A stretch of 64,000 nt of DNA from contig OZ240245.1 of assembly GCA_965198175.1 (NCBI GenBank), positions 4,544,001-4,608,000 of the forward strand, written 5' to 3'. Positions 31,443 to 42,291 of the stretch are shown here, one piece after another (within the stretch, counting starts at the first letter, position 1; every line of letters starts with the position of its first letter). The translations under genes and the position numbers were made by a program. The stretch comes from Candidatus Poribacteria bacterium. GTDB taxonomy: Bacteria; Poribacteria; WGA-4E; PCPOR2b. The notes beneath the pieces were generated by a model. It was not told the DNA's origin and made no database searches. It worked only from the letters and a program-made list of their open reading frames with translations.

Positions 31443-32024
31443 TTAAATTTCATTCTTTTCCCACAGCGGTTCTAGCGCGGTTTTCAGCTTTTTCATCGCC
31501 CGATGGAGGTGAATCTTTACGGTGCCTTCCGCTATACCGAGCACTTCCGCAATTTCATTGAGTTGTAAGCCGTCATAACGATTCAGCATGAAGACCGCTT
31601 TTTGGTTTGGCGAAAGCCGATCAACTGCGTCACGAATAATGCGATGCCGATCCTTTTCTTCAACTTGCCACTCAGGATTGCTTCTCAAATCATCTGCCAT
31701 AGGCTCATCAATTGATAGCTCTTCGTCGTCAAGTGAGTATGCCATTCGCCGAGATTTCGAGCGGTGATGATCGATTGACAGGTTATAGGCGATTCTATAG
31801 AGCCATGTCGAAAAGCGCGCTTGAGGTCGCCAGTCTCCAAGCGCACGGTAGACCTTGACAAACACCTCAATGGTCAATTCTTCAGCATCTTCATAATTAT
31901 TGACAGATCTGAGTAGGTAGTAAAAGATTTTGTGCTTATACCGCTTCATTAGTTCATCGAATGCGTCTTGCCGACCAGCTTGAAAGTGTGCGACCAATAT
32001 TTCATCTTCAACTATTGTATCCAT
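31443..32024 (-). CDS. ECF (sigma-70 group 4) RNA polymerase sigma factor
   Basis: DAEELTIEVFVKVY, FSTWLYRIAYN, EIAEVLGIAEGTVKIHLHRA. Confidence 0.95.
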   Translation of the reverse strand: MDTIVEDEILVAHFQAGRQDAFDELMKRYKHKIFYYLLRSVNNYEDAEELTIEVFVKVYRALGDWRPQARFSTWLYRIAYNLSIDHHRSKSRRMAYSLDDEELSIDEPMADDLRSNPEWQVEEKDRHRIIRDAVDRLSPNQKAVFMLNRYDGLQLNEIAEVLGIAEGTVKIHLHRAMKKLKTALEPLWEKNEI

Positions 32025-32220
32025 GAGAGGTTTATCACTGGAAATTGAAAGAGCTGTCAGGAAAGAATGAGGAACAAGATATTCTCTCTAAACGGCTTAC
32101 GGCTAGGGGAGGTTTACGATTTTTACTTTGTCTTTTATAATACGCATTCTCGTTTTTGTGATGACAATCTAGCACGATCTACGCTAGCTGTCAAGCAAAA
32201 AGCCATGAACGTGCTTTTGG

Positions 32221-32892
32221 TTAGAACTCCCACTTCAACAACGTCGCCTGATGATGCAAAATGACCGATCCTGCAATTGTCCCGACGACTGCACCGCCAA
32301 TAACATCGGAAGCATAATGTCTGCCCAAGTAGATACGAGAAAGGCCTACCAAGCCAGCACTAATGTAGAGTGGAATGCGGAGTTTAGGATACCGATTGCT
32401 GAGAACAGTTGCTGCCGCAAAAGCATAAGCCGTATGCCCCGATGGGAAGGCAGGATTGCCAAGTCGATTATCTAGTGGACGCTTACGGCGAATAATTTCC
32501 TTCACTCCGAAAATAACCACGCCAGTGCCAATGAAAGCTGATGACATCAACCTACCTGTATCACGATGTAAATCATCTCCGTAAGCCATGAGGATAATCG
32601 AAAGTCCCATCATCGTTCTAGCATCGCCGAGGTCAGTCATCCTCTCCATAACTGTACCAATCGGTTCACGCTGAGGCGGAGTGTCGTAGATTGCATCGAA
32701 TATATCTCGATCCAGCCGTGTCAGAAAATTGTCCGCATCAGTGTATGTTGTGATGGACATGCAGCAGATAATCAGGAGAAAGAGCTTGTTGGTTAGTTGG
32801 AAGGCGGGGTTCCGTTTTCTCGTTTTCTCGTCTGGATGTTGTTTACACCAGAGAGGTCTAACATCGTTTTCTCGTTTCATCATCTTCGACAT
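32221..32892 (-). CDS. PAP2 family phosphatase
   Basis: KEIIRRKRP, FPSGH, SRIYLGRHYASDV. Confidence 0.9.
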   Translation of the reverse strand: MSKMMKRENDVRPLWCKQHPDEKTRKRNPAFQLTNKLFLLIICCMSITTYTDADNFLTRLDRDIFDAIYDTPPQREPIGTVMERMTDLGDARTMMGLSIILMAYGDDLHRDTGRLMSSAFIGTGVVIFGVKEIIRRKRPLDNRLGNPAFPSGHTAYAFAAATVLSNRYPKLRIPLYISAGLVGLSRIYLGRHYASDVIGGAVVGTIAGSVILHHQATLLKWEF

Positions 32893-33005
32893 TTTCCCTT
32901 CTGATTTGTGAATTTCTACTGCTATTATCTTAGATTATTTCGGGGGAGTTCGTAAATCCATTCTAAAGATTCTGGACTTTTGACCATCTGCACCGAATCA
33001 CCAAT

Positions 33006-34082
33006 TCAAAAATTCGACAATTTATAAACAATTGTTTCAGGGTGGTAACGTCCCCATGCAAACCAATAGATATTCATCGCCGGTAGCCGCTCTAGTGTCT
33101 TACCTTTAAGTTTTCCTTCTGTTGCCTCACCGATGATCATATTCCACCGCGTTCCTGTCGTTGTATCTTTGGCAAAATGTCTGCTGCGCGGCTCAAAAGT
33201 GAGAATCGTCCCCTCCAGTGTGCGCATGAAAACAGCGGTTGCACCTGACACGTTGTCGTGAAATGCTAACACCGGCACACCGTCAATGGCATCGTTGATT
33301 ACGGATTTCCTCTCAAACGCTGTAAGAGGATAGGCGCAGTAACGGGCATTGATTTGCACACCGATAACAATCGCTTTACTCGGCAAACGGTTATCGGTAT
33401 ATCGCGTGGAACTTATCCCCGTGTCGGAGCCGGCACGATAGCTTGCATAACTATCGAATCTCCGCTCTTCGATTCGTCGCTCTGGATGACGCGGATCGAG
33501 CTGAACAGAGAGTACTTTTGAATTCGGGTAGTTTAATCGCCACTCCTTCCAGGTGATCTGTGGCATTGAAGCCAACATCGTTAACCGTTTCCCCTTGAGT
33601 TGTCCTGTCACTGCTTCGCCTGTGATATGTGACCAGAGGGCGCGCGTTTGATGGTCATACATCAGCAGTGCATCGTACAGCAGTTTGCCCGAAACCCCAA
33701 ACGTATAGGTTTTTCCGTCGAGTTCGCGACTATACACGATAGCCGTTCGACAGAGTGGTCACCACGTGGTCGCGATTTTCACACCGCCAACAACATCGTT
33801 AACAATTTCGTGCCCGTTAAGCAAATAGATAGAGTAGGCGTGGCTTTCACCGTTGAAACTGACTCCAATCATTGGTGAATCGTCGCGCAATTTTGCCTCG
33901 CTGGCAGAGACAAACTGTGGATTCTTGATTGCAGGGATTGCATCAAAGGGCAATACTGTGTAGATGTGATCTTGAGAGTAATCTTTGTCCGCCGCAATCT
34001 CACCGATTTTCCCCGAATCTGACACATAGCAGAATAGAACGAATATCACGGTTGCTGATAATATGATAAATTGTCTAACCAC
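33006..34082 (-). CDS. DUF3179 family exported selenoprotein (in-frame UGA at 33759-33761, motif W-U-P-L-C)
   Basis: ORFs 33759-34082 and 33006-33737 are in the same frame: DAIPAI...HEIVND...ATTW*PLCRTAIVYSRELDG...FGVSGKLLYDALLMYD. The family has CPLC at this position. Confidence 0.88.
33714..33758 (-). promoter_or_regulatory. Putative bacterial SECIS element
   Basis: Immediately 3' of the UGA: lower stem UCUGUCGA/UCGACGGA, upper stem GGCUAU/AUAGUC, apical loop CGUGU starting 20 nt after the UGA. Confidence 0.7.
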
Positions 34083-34548
34083 ATTTCATCCTTCCTCTAC
34101 CAATTTGTCTTCTAAAACGTGAACATTGCCTCGTACAAAGTGTACCACAGCGGCAAAAGGAGATGCAAATGAACCATCATTCCTGTGATAAAATTCATTA
34201 AGCCTATTTTAAACATCTTCTACAAAATAATAGCCAACAGATTTTTTTTAAATTAGTTACGTAGTTGGTACCAGCTTACTCGTGTGCGTGGATATAATTC
34301 CTCCTCTCTTTCAGTAACAGGTAATGGTTGCTGTAAAGCACTCGCTATTTTATTGTCTCTTTCCTCAGCCTCTCACACCAGGGCACATCTTCTCCCGCAA
34401 ATCTGTGACAACCTCGCCTTTAAGTCCCAGTCCAGAATTCGGGCAATCAGCGAGGACGGGGTGACGTTCGTAGGATAGTTTGTAGCTTGGGATTTAGTGT
34501 TTTGCCTTAGTCCGGTTTATCTGCTGATGCGCTGCTCCGATAAAGACA

Positions 34549-34578
34549 TTGACGGGTAGCGTTACAATTTGATACAAT
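34549..34578 (+). promoter_or_regulatory. Sigma70-type promoter, possibly with a LacI-type operator in the spacer
   Basis: TTGACG-N18-TACAAT with TG extension; spacer contains GTAGCGTTAC. Confidence 0.5.
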
Positions 34579-34672
34579 CTCTGATGCCGTGTCGGCTTGT
34601 TTGCAGAGGCATGGTTAGAATCTACAAGCTGATTCAACATGGATGAATGCCGTTTAAAGGGGGAGCCAGTCA

Positions 34673-35638
34673 GTGGGAGAAGTTAAAATTGGCTTTATCG
34701 GTTGTGGCGGTAACGCGAATGGACACCTGCAACAGCTGTTCAATATGCAAAACGCTCGGATTGTTGCAACCTGCGACATCCAGGAAACTCGCGCTGCCAG
34801 TTCCGCTTTGAGCTATAACGCGAAACCTTATACCAACCACAAAGCAATGCTGGAACGAGAAACCCTTGATGCCGTGTATATCAGTCTTCCCGTGTTCGCC
34901 CATGGACAGCCTGAGTTAGATGTCATCGAATGCAAACTTCCGTTTTTCGTCGAAAAACCGGTTGCAATCAACATGGAGATTGCGCAACGGATTGAGGAGG
35001 CGGTAGCTGCTGCTGGTGTCATCACCTGCGTTGGTTATCAACTGCGGTATCTGGGATCGACACAGATGGCGCGTCAGATTCTCGACGACAAAGTGGTCAA
35101 TATGGTCGTTGGAAAATACTGGAGTGGCACCGGACGCGACGCTCCAAGCAGTTGGCTACATCAGATGAGTAAGTCGGGGGGACAGTTAGTGGAGCAGGCA
35201 ACACATACTATCGACATGATGCGCTATCTCGTTGGTGAAGTGGATGCGGTCTACGCCGTGCAAACAAACCGTATTCTGAAAGACATTGATTGTCCTGACA
35301 ACAACTGCGTGACGCTGAAATTTAAAAATGGCGCCATTGGATCGTTGACCGCATCTTGGTCGTATGACCCGAGCAACTGGTCACATGCTAACGTGCTGGA
35401 CATTCTGTATGACGATCAGTCCATCCATTGGGACGCAGGCAGCTTGGAAGTGAAGAAAAATGGGCAATTTGTCTCCAAACAAGCACCGGGACCAAGTATC
35501 GATGAAGTGTTTGTTGATGCCGTATACAGATGCGATGGTTCTCGAATTCTTAGCCCCTACGGTGACGCTGTCAAAAGCCTGGCAATTTCACTCACGGCAA
35601 ATCAATCGGCGCAAGAAGGTGTTCCGATACGGCTATGA
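34673..35638 (+). CDS. Gfo/Idh/MocA family oxidoreductase
   Basis: IGFIGCGG, FVEKP, SGGQLVEQATHTID. Confidence 0.93.
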   Translation: MGEVKIGFIGCGGNANGHLQQLFNMQNARIVATCDIQETRAASSALSYNAKPYTNHKAMLERETLDAVYISLPVFAHGQPELDVIECKLPFFVEKPVAINMEIAQRIEEAVAAAGVITCVGYQLRYLGSTQMARQILDDKVVNMVVGKYWSGTGRDAPSSWLHQMSKSGGQLVEQATHTIDMMRYLVGEVDAVYAVQTNRILKDIDCPDNNCVTLKFKNGAIGSLTASWSYDPSNWSHANVLDILYDDQSIHWDAGSLEVKKNGQFVSKQAPGPSIDEVFVDAVYRCDGSRILSPYGDAVKSLAISLTANQSAQEGVPIRL

Positions 35639-35653
35639 ACGAATGAACCTATA

Positions 35654-38083
35654 ATGAATCAAGACTTTGAAAATTTCTGGATTTCCAAGTGCAAAGCGAT
35701 TATGTTTGAAAAGTTGATGAAATACCCCATTGACATTTTTCACAGAGGGGATTTTCATCTCGGCATCAGCCTTCCAAGACTCATTCTTTTCTTTTTTTTC
35801 ATTGCGCTAATCGCAACCTCAATCTGGGCATATCGCACAACAATTGCACGAACAAATCGGGGGCTTCGCGGCTTTTTGATTTTTCTGAGAGTTGGGGCAC
35901 TGTGTACGCTTGCATTTTGCCTGTTAAAGCCATTTGTCGCTATTTACCAAACGAAGTCTGATGACTCCTATCTATTGCTGCTTGCGGATAGTTCCAAGAG
36001 CATGCAGATTACCGATTCCGTTGACGGAGAATCCCGGCTAAAAAGTGTGAGCCGCTTGCTTTTCCAGCCAGATCGAGGACTAGTCAATACGCTCAGTGAG
36101 AAGTTCAAGATACGCCTCTTCACCTTTGATGCCGGTGCGAAACGGATAGGAATACCTGCCAGAGAGGATTCACAGAATACTTACAGCCATCTGTCTTTTC
36201 TGGAGGCACACGGTGAAAAAACCGACTTACCTGCCTCCCTCAATGAGGCGCTGGAAGATTTCCAAGAGATGCCTTTATCTGGTGTGGTGGTTTTTTCCGA
36301 TGGGGCGGATAGGAGTGAGGTAGATATCAGCAAAGTTGCTTTTCGGATGCGGGATCGCAAGATTCCGATTCATACGGTTGGTGTCGGCTTGACGGAGGAG
36401 ATAACAGATATTGAGATTGTGAAAATTGACGTGCCTCGGATGGCGGAAGAAGATTCCCCGGTCGAAATTTGGACGACCGTTAAGCGTAAAGGATACGGCG
36501 AACGAACAGTTAATTTACATTTGACAGATGAAAACCGTGTTGTCAAGATGCTTAGGGTTAATCTTGATAAAAGTCACCTGACTCGACGCGTGCCAATCAA
36601 GTTTATTCCGCAAAACCCAGGGACGCAGAAATATGTGGTACACATTCCAGCAGAACCGGACGAAGCTATCCCCCAGAACAACGCCAAGCAGTTTCTTCTG
36701 AAAGTAGTTCCTAATAAGCGTGTCAAGATTTTATTCATCGAAGGCAGACCACGCGCCGAATTCGCTTTCATTAAGCGCGCCCTCAAGAATGATCCGAATA
36801 TCCGACTCACGGATCGATGCCTCGTTGATGATGCGCATTTCAAGGGGACGAAAGGGGCGCCTAACTACAAATTTGGCTTCTATCCAGACTCAAAAAAGGT
36901 TCTCTTCGATTACGACGCGGTTATCTTTGGAAATATCGCGGCATCACAATTCACGAAGGAACAACTAGAAAACACCGTCGAATTTGTTCGCACACGTGGT
37001 GGCGGATTTCTAATGCTAGGCGGTTCAGAATCCTTGAGCAATCCTAGAATGGCGGACGCTTACATCAATACCCCCATTGCTCGAATGCTTCCTGTTGAAC
37101 TAGAGTTGGGGCTGCCTCCTCTTCCCACGCGGATGAAAAGCCAATTCTCTGGGCTACCTCAGCGAAATATGGAGCGGCGTGATGAAGGCTTTATGTTGCA
37201 ATTAACCTCTGCAGGCAAAACCGATTCATTGATGGCTTTAGCGGATGATCCGCTGAAGAACGCGAACCGTTGGAGTGAATTACCACCCTTAATCGGTTAT
37301 AGTAAAGTGAAGCGGGCAAAAGCGGGTGCAACAGTTATCGCTGTCCACCCTACAGATCGCAATGAATTTGGGAGCCGTGTCCTCATCGCTACCCATAATT
37401 ACAACGCGGGACGTGTCAAGATCTTTACTCCTCACAGCTCATGGCGATGGAAGATGTTTACCCCAACAGACGGCGATCTCCACGAAAGCCACGAGCGCTT
37501 CTGGCGTCAGACAGCAAAATGGCTGACAACGACTTCCAGAGACCATTTAAAACTCAAGATTGCAAAAACTTCTTATTCTTTGAAAGAGCCTGTAATCATA
37601 GAAGCCACCGCTTACGATCATAAGTTTGAATTGACAAATCTGGCAAAGATACACGCAATCATCACCGATGGAGGAGGAAAAAGGAAGGAGCTCCATCTTA
37701 AGCAAGTGCTTGGGAAAGATGGATGGTACACAGCCCGATTCATCGCGCCACGGCGGGAGGAGTATAGGGTAGATGTATTTGGCACATTAGGTGGCGAGAG
37801 CCTTGGTGAACAACACGGGCTCTTTACGGTCGGGGAATCTTACGCGGAATTCACGAACGCGGAGCTCAACACGGAACTCCTTCAAACCCTCGCTAGAATT
37901 AGTGGTGGCGAATATTATACGATAGAAAATGCATCCAAGATGGCGAATCAAATTCCGCTAGTCGAAAGCGAAAAATCGAGCCTTGTGAATGAGGGTATTT
38001 GGGACATGCCGGTGATTTTTGGTGGAATTATTCTGCTTCTCGGGTTAGAGTGGTTTTTACGTAAGCGAAGAGGGTTAGTTTAA
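35654..38083 (+). CDS. Membrane protein with vWA and GATase1-like domains
   Basis: N-terminal TMs, MIDAS-like DSSKSM, FSDG, GGGFLMLGG, HERFWRQ, C-terminal LLLGLEWFLRKR. Confidence 0.85.
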   Translation: MNQDFENFWISKCKAIMFEKLMKYPIDIFHRGDFHLGISLPRLILFFFFIALIATSIWAYRTTIARTNRGLRGFLIFLRVGALCTLAFCLLKPFVAIYQTKSDDSYLLLLADSSKSMQITDSVDGESRLKSVSRLLFQPDRGLVNTLSEKFKIRLFTFDAGAKRIGIPAREDSQNTYSHLSFLEAHGEKTDLPASLNEALEDFQEMPLSGVVVFSDGADRSEVDISKVAFRMRDRKIPIHTVGVGLTEEITDIEIVKIDVPRMAEEDSPVEIWTTVKRKGYGERTVNLHLTDENRVVKMLRVNLDKSHLTRRVPIKFIPQNPGTQKYVVHIPAEPDEAIPQNNAKQFLLKVVPNKRVKILFIEGRPRAEFAFIKRALKNDPNIRLTDRCLVDDAHFKGTKGAPNYKFGFYPDSKKVLFDYDAVIFGNIAASQFTKEQLENTVEFVRTRGGGFLMLGGSESLSNPRMADAYINTPIARMLPVELELGLPPLPTRMKSQFSGLPQRNMERRDEGFMLQLTSAGKTDSLMALADDPLKNANRWSELPPLIGYSKVKRAKAGATVIAVHPTDRNEFGSRVLIATHNYNAGRVKIFTPHSSWRWKMFTPTDGDLHESHERFWRQTAKWLTTTSRDHLKLKIAKTSYSLKEPVIIEATAYDHKFELTNLAKIHAIITDGGGKRKELHLKQVLGKDGWYTARFIAPRREEYRVDVFGTLGGESLGEQHGLFTVGESYAEFTNAELNTELLQTLARISGGEYYTIENASKMANQIPLVESEKSSLVNEGIWDMPVIFGGIILLLGLEWFLRKRRGLV

Positions 38084-38162
38084 TGGAAATTTAATCTAGC
38101 TGTTACCAATTCACACGTTGTGTATCCATCCGCTTATCGGTCAATCCGAAGGAAAAAGACAT

Positions 38163-39281
38163 ATGGAAAATTTATCACCAATCAGCAATCGAAAACCCAC
38201 ACTACAAGTAAATGTTGGAAACGTATTAATCGGTAACGGGAACCCGATTCCGATACAAACGATGACGACTACCCTAACGCATGATAGAGACGCAACCTTA
38301 CGCCAAATCGAACGGTGTGTGGAAGCCGGTGCACAAATTGTGCGCGTCGCGGTTCCTGAAGAAAGGGATGCCAAGGCACTGTCCACAATCGTCAACCGCG
38401 CTTCTGTGCCGATTGTTGCAGATATCCACTTTAACTATCGATATGCCCTTGCTGCTGTTGATGCGAGCGTCGCGAAAGTCCGAATCAACCCTGGGAACAT
38501 CGGAAACGAAAAGCGAATCGCCCAAGTGCTCTCAGCGGCGAAAGCCGCGAATACCCCAATCCGCATCGGTGTCAACGAGGGATCGTTGGAAAAAGATTTG
38601 CTAGATAAATACCCCTCACCTACAGCAGAAGCACTTGTCGAAAGCGCAATGCGCCACGTTAAAATCTGCGAAGACCACGATTTTACGGACATCGCAATCT
38701 CTGTCAAATCCAGCGATCCGCGGCGGATGATTAAGGCGAACCGGCTGCTCTCAGCCAAGGTGCACTATCCACTCCATCTCGGTGTGACGGAAGCAGGAAC
38801 GCCTCGCCGGGCGCACGTCAAATCCACGATCGGCATCGGTATGCTGTTGATGGAGGGTATTGGCGACACTATTCGAATCTCGATTACGGGCGACCCGGTC
38901 GAGGAAGTCCTAACGGCGAAGGAGTTACTCCGCACATTAGGCTTAGCGGATAATATTTTAGATGTTGTCTCGTGTCCGTTTTGCGGAAGAGGCGATCCAC
39001 AGGCAGATTACGAAGGGATTGTTGCTGCCACTGAAGCGTTATTGGAAACGCACGGCATCAAGATTCCGGTTGCCATCATGGGCTGTGAAGTTAATGGTCC
39101 CGGAGAGACGCGCAATGCAGAAGCTGGAATTCACTTAGGAGGGAAAGAACTCGCAGTACTCAAGATTCGCGGGGAGAAGGTTAGGACGTTTCGTGGAAAG
39201 GATGAGGTTAATCCACAGTTTCTAGCGGCTGCGTTGTTAGAAGCTGCGCAACAGATACAGAATGAAAGACGCGACAGCTAA
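38163..39281 (+). CDS. ispG: (E)-4-hydroxy-3-methylbut-2-enyl-diphosphate synthase
   Basis: ADIHF, RINPGN, LHLGVTEAG, GIGDTIRIS, CPFCGR, GCEVNGPGE. Confidence 0.97.
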   Translation: MENLSPISNRKPTLQVNVGNVLIGNGNPIPIQTMTTTLTHDRDATLRQIERCVEAGAQIVRVAVPEERDAKALSTIVNRASVPIVADIHFNYRYALAAVDASVAKVRINPGNIGNEKRIAQVLSAAKAANTPIRIGVNEGSLEKDLLDKYPSPTAEALVESAMRHVKICEDHDFTDIAISVKSSDPRRMIKANRLLSAKVHYPLHLGVTEAGTPRRAHVKSTIGIGMLLMEGIGDTIRISITGDPVEEVLTAKELLRTLGLADNILDVVSCPFCGRGDPQADYEGIVAATEALLETHGIKIPVAIMGCEVNGPGETRNAEAGIHLGGKELAVLKIRGEKVRTFRGKDEVNPQFLAAALLEAAQQIQNERRDS

Positions 39282-39336
39282 TAGACCGTAATCATGGGCG
39301 CACAATGCGGATGTCCATACGTCTAAAATTGAATCT

Positions 39337-40464
39337 ATGATCGAATACGTCTGCAACCAATGCGGTACAACATATCTTATCGACGCAATTCGGTACAGAT
39401 GCGATTGTGGGCAACCGCTAGAACTAAGAAAAAGAGCGATTGTATTCCCAATCAACAAGATTGCCCAGCGTGACAACACCCTCTGGCGTTATCGTGAAGC
39501 GATCCCAATCAGCGACGATGCGTCGATTGTCTCTTTCGGTGAAGGAATGACGCCACTTGTAGCATTGAACCAACCCCCGTATAATCATCATATGAAATTG
39601 GACTTCATCTCTCCGACGGGTTCATACAAAGATCGAGGAGCATCCGTTCTATTGTCCAAAATCAGAGAACTCGGCGTAGAAAACATCGTCGAAGATTCTT
39701 CAGGCAATGCCGGCGCGGCGATAGCTGCGTATAGCGCGCTCGCCGGAATCGACTGTACGATCTACTGTCCCGCGTCTACATCAAAAGGTAAGCTAGCACA
39801 AATTGCACTGTACGGCGCGAAACTGAAACTGATTGATGGAAACCGAGCGGCAACAACGCAAGCTGTGCTTCAAGCGACAGAAACAACCTACTATGCCTCA
39901 CATAACTGGAATCCCTTCTTCTTGGAAGGGATAAAAACGGTTGCCTTTGAGATTGTCGAACAACTTGGTTGGAAAACTCCCGATCAGGTCATTTGTCCGG
40001 TGGGATATGGAAGTATTTACGTGGGCTTGTACATCGGGTTCCGGGAGTTATACGATCAGAAAATCATCTCCAATCTACCGTGTCTACTCGGCGTTCAATC
40101 CGCTGCGTGTTCCCCGATTTACAAAGCTTACGCTGAAAATAAGGAGCAAATTGAAAGGTTTCTGCAGACACAAGAGACACTTGCCGAAGGCATCACATCA
40201 GAGTTGCCGATTCGTGTACAAATGATCTCGGAAGCAATCAGTGAAACAAATGGCGCCTTCACGATTGTTAATGATGAAGAAATAAAAGATGGGATTACGA
40301 TTCTCGCAGCAAAAGGCATCTTTGTCGAACCTACTTCAGCGGTCATCGTCGGAGCCTTCAACAAGTTCGTGGAAGACGGAATCATCCGTAAAGGCGACCT
40401 GACCGTATCAATTCTCACAGGCTCCGGCTTGAAGGCAATTGATAAACTGATGAAACTGTTGTGA
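39337..40464 (+). CDS. thrC: Threonine synthase-like PLP enzyme
   Basis: N-terminal Cys pairs, GEGMTPL, PTGSYKDRG, DSSGNAG, VEPTSA, LTGSGLK. Confidence 0.8.
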   Translation: MIEYVCNQCGTTYLIDAIRYRCDCGQPLELRKRAIVFPINKIAQRDNTLWRYREAIPISDDASIVSFGEGMTPLVALNQPPYNHHMKLDFISPTGSYKDRGASVLLSKIRELGVENIVEDSSGNAGAAIAAYSALAGIDCTIYCPASTSKGKLAQIALYGAKLKLIDGNRAATTQAVLQATETTYYASHNWNPFFLEGIKTVAFEIVEQLGWKTPDQVICPVGYGSIYVGLYIGFRELYDQKIISNLPCLLGVQSAACSPIYKAYAENKEQIERFLQTQETLAEGITSELPIRVQMISEAISETNGAFTIVNDEEIKDGITILAAKGIFVEPTSAVIVGAFNKFVEDGIIRKGDLTVSILTGSGLKAIDKLMKLL

Positions 40465-40545
40465 TGTGAAGCATTCGCCGGTGATGATGGAAATTACGGC
40501 CAAATTTATTGAAGATGGGTTAGAGTTGATGGAGGCAAAAGAAAA

Positions 40546-41271
40546 ATGATTAACTTGAGTGTGAATGTGAATAAAATTGCGACTTTAAGAAATGCTAGAG
40601 GTGGCGATTGTCCCAATGTGATTGAAGCCGTCCAGACCTGTATCAGGGCTGGCGCACAAGGGATCACAGTTCATCCAAGAGCGGATGAACGACATATTAC
40701 GGCGAATGATGTTTACGAGATTGCTGAGATGCTCACGGTTGAATACAATATCGAAGGTGACCCTAGGCCCGATTTGCTCAATATGGTCATGGAGGTTCGT
40801 CCTAGTCAGTTCACGCTCGTACCTGTCGTACCGGGCGAAGTTACAAGCCACAACGTCTGGGATGTTGCGAAAGATGGAGAGCAACTCAGGCCGGTTATTC
40901 AGCGTTTAAAAGGTGCAGGGATTCGCGTAAGTTTATTTAGCGGTACAAATCTGCACCAGATTGAATTGGCGAAGGAAGTTGGCGCTGACCGAATCGAGTT
41001 GTACACTGCCCCTTACGCATCGGCAAAGTCAGACCAAGAGATTGAAGCTGAGTTCGGCCTGCTGGTTAGGTCTGCTGAAAAGGCAGCCAGTGTACGGCTA
41101 GGCATTAATGCCGGCCACGATCTCAATTTAGACAATCTGCCTCGAATGAGAAAGTTACCAGGCTTGCTAGAAGTTTCTATCGGTCATCATCTAATCTCTC
41201 ATGCCGTCCATGTCGGACTCGAACAAGCGGTTAAAGACTACCGAACCGCATTGGGACAGTCTGTAGAATGA
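40546..41271 (+). CDS. pdxJ: Pyridoxine 5'-phosphate synthase
   Basis: LSVNVNKIATLRNARG, ITVHPRADERHI, IELYT, NAGHDLN, EVSIGH. Confidence 0.97.
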   Translation: MINLSVNVNKIATLRNARGGDCPNVIEAVQTCIRAGAQGITVHPRADERHITANDVYEIAEMLTVEYNIEGDPRPDLLNMVMEVRPSQFTLVPVVPGEVTSHNVWDVAKDGEQLRPVIQRLKGAGIRVSLFSGTNLHQIELAKEVGADRIELYTAPYASAKSDQEIEAEFGLLVRSAEKAASVRLGINAGHDLNLDNLPRMRKLPGLLEVSIGHHLISHAVHVGLEQAVKDYRTALGQSVE

Positions 41272-41595
41272 TGTGTTTAAGACTGATACTGAATGGAGAT
41301 TGGCTTTTGCATCTGCTGCTGATTGTATCGCAAGGCAAAATCCCATCTCGCTCTACAAGGATGGGGAATCCCATCCAACTCAGTTGGGGCTTATGCACTT
41401 GGTCTCTAGGAACTGAAGTGGATTGATTATCAATCGGTGGGAATTGCCAAATCCAGCTCTATATCGGATTTGTCAATCCGATGGGAGCAACGCTGGTACA
41501 TTATCAGCTCAGCTCCTTTGTGTAAGTCTTATCAGATTTAGATATTCAGGAATAAACAAACACTTGATACCCATGCCTACTTTGGGAGTTTTTTC

Positions 41596-42255
41596 ATGCG
41601 TACTTGCGCAATTTTCGATCTTGATGGAACTATCATCAGTCACTCTTCTGAGAAGGTTTTCCTCAAATACCTACTAGCGCATGGGGAAATTCCTCTGAGC
41701 AACTTGTTAAGTTGGGCTGTCTATTTTATCAAGTCCAGAAATCTTCGCGAATCGAAAGCGAACAAAGTCTATTTACGAGGGCTGGACTACCAACACATTT
41801 GTGAAATGGCGCAGCTTTGTATTGCGGAACGTCTCATTAACAGGATTTCTCCCCGAGTTTTTGAACGCATTGGAATTCATCGGGCGGAAGGACGAACGGT
41901 AATCATCTTATCAGGATCTCTAGAGATTTTAATCAGATTGTTTCACGATTACTTGAAAACGGATATGATGATTGGAAATGTGTTGGAAGTTGTCAACGGG
42001 TATATCACTGGTCGTCGACTTGGCTCGAATTGTTATGGTGAAAACAAGGCGATTTTAGTCCAACAGCTTGCGAAGGAGCACGGTTTCGATCTCAGCCGAT
42101 CCTATGCCTATGGGAACCACTACTCCGATGCACACAAGCTTCAACTAGTGGGTCATCCGGTCGCTGTCAATCCCGATGGGAAACTGCGTCGAATTGCTGC
42201 TGCCAATGGCTGGCGGATTGAGCAGTTTCACAATAGATTTGGCTTTACACGTTAG
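41596..42255 (+). CDS. HAD-superfamily subfamily IB hydrolase
   Basis: IFDLDGT, LSGS, SYAYGN..SD, PVAVNPD. Confidence 0.9.
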   Translation: MRTCAIFDLDGTIISHSSEKVFLKYLLAHGEIPLSNLLSWAVYFIKSRNLRESKANKVYLRGLDYQHICEMAQLCIAERLINRISPRVFERIGIHRAEGRTVIILSGSLEILIRLFHDYLKTDMMIGNVLEVVNGYITGRRLGSNCYGENKAILVQQLAKEHGFDLSRSYAYGNHYSDAHKLQLVGHPVAVNPDGKLRRIAAANGWRIEQFHNRFGFTR

Positions 42256-42291
42256 GCAACACCTCCAGTCTCCCAATCCATTCAATGGCAT

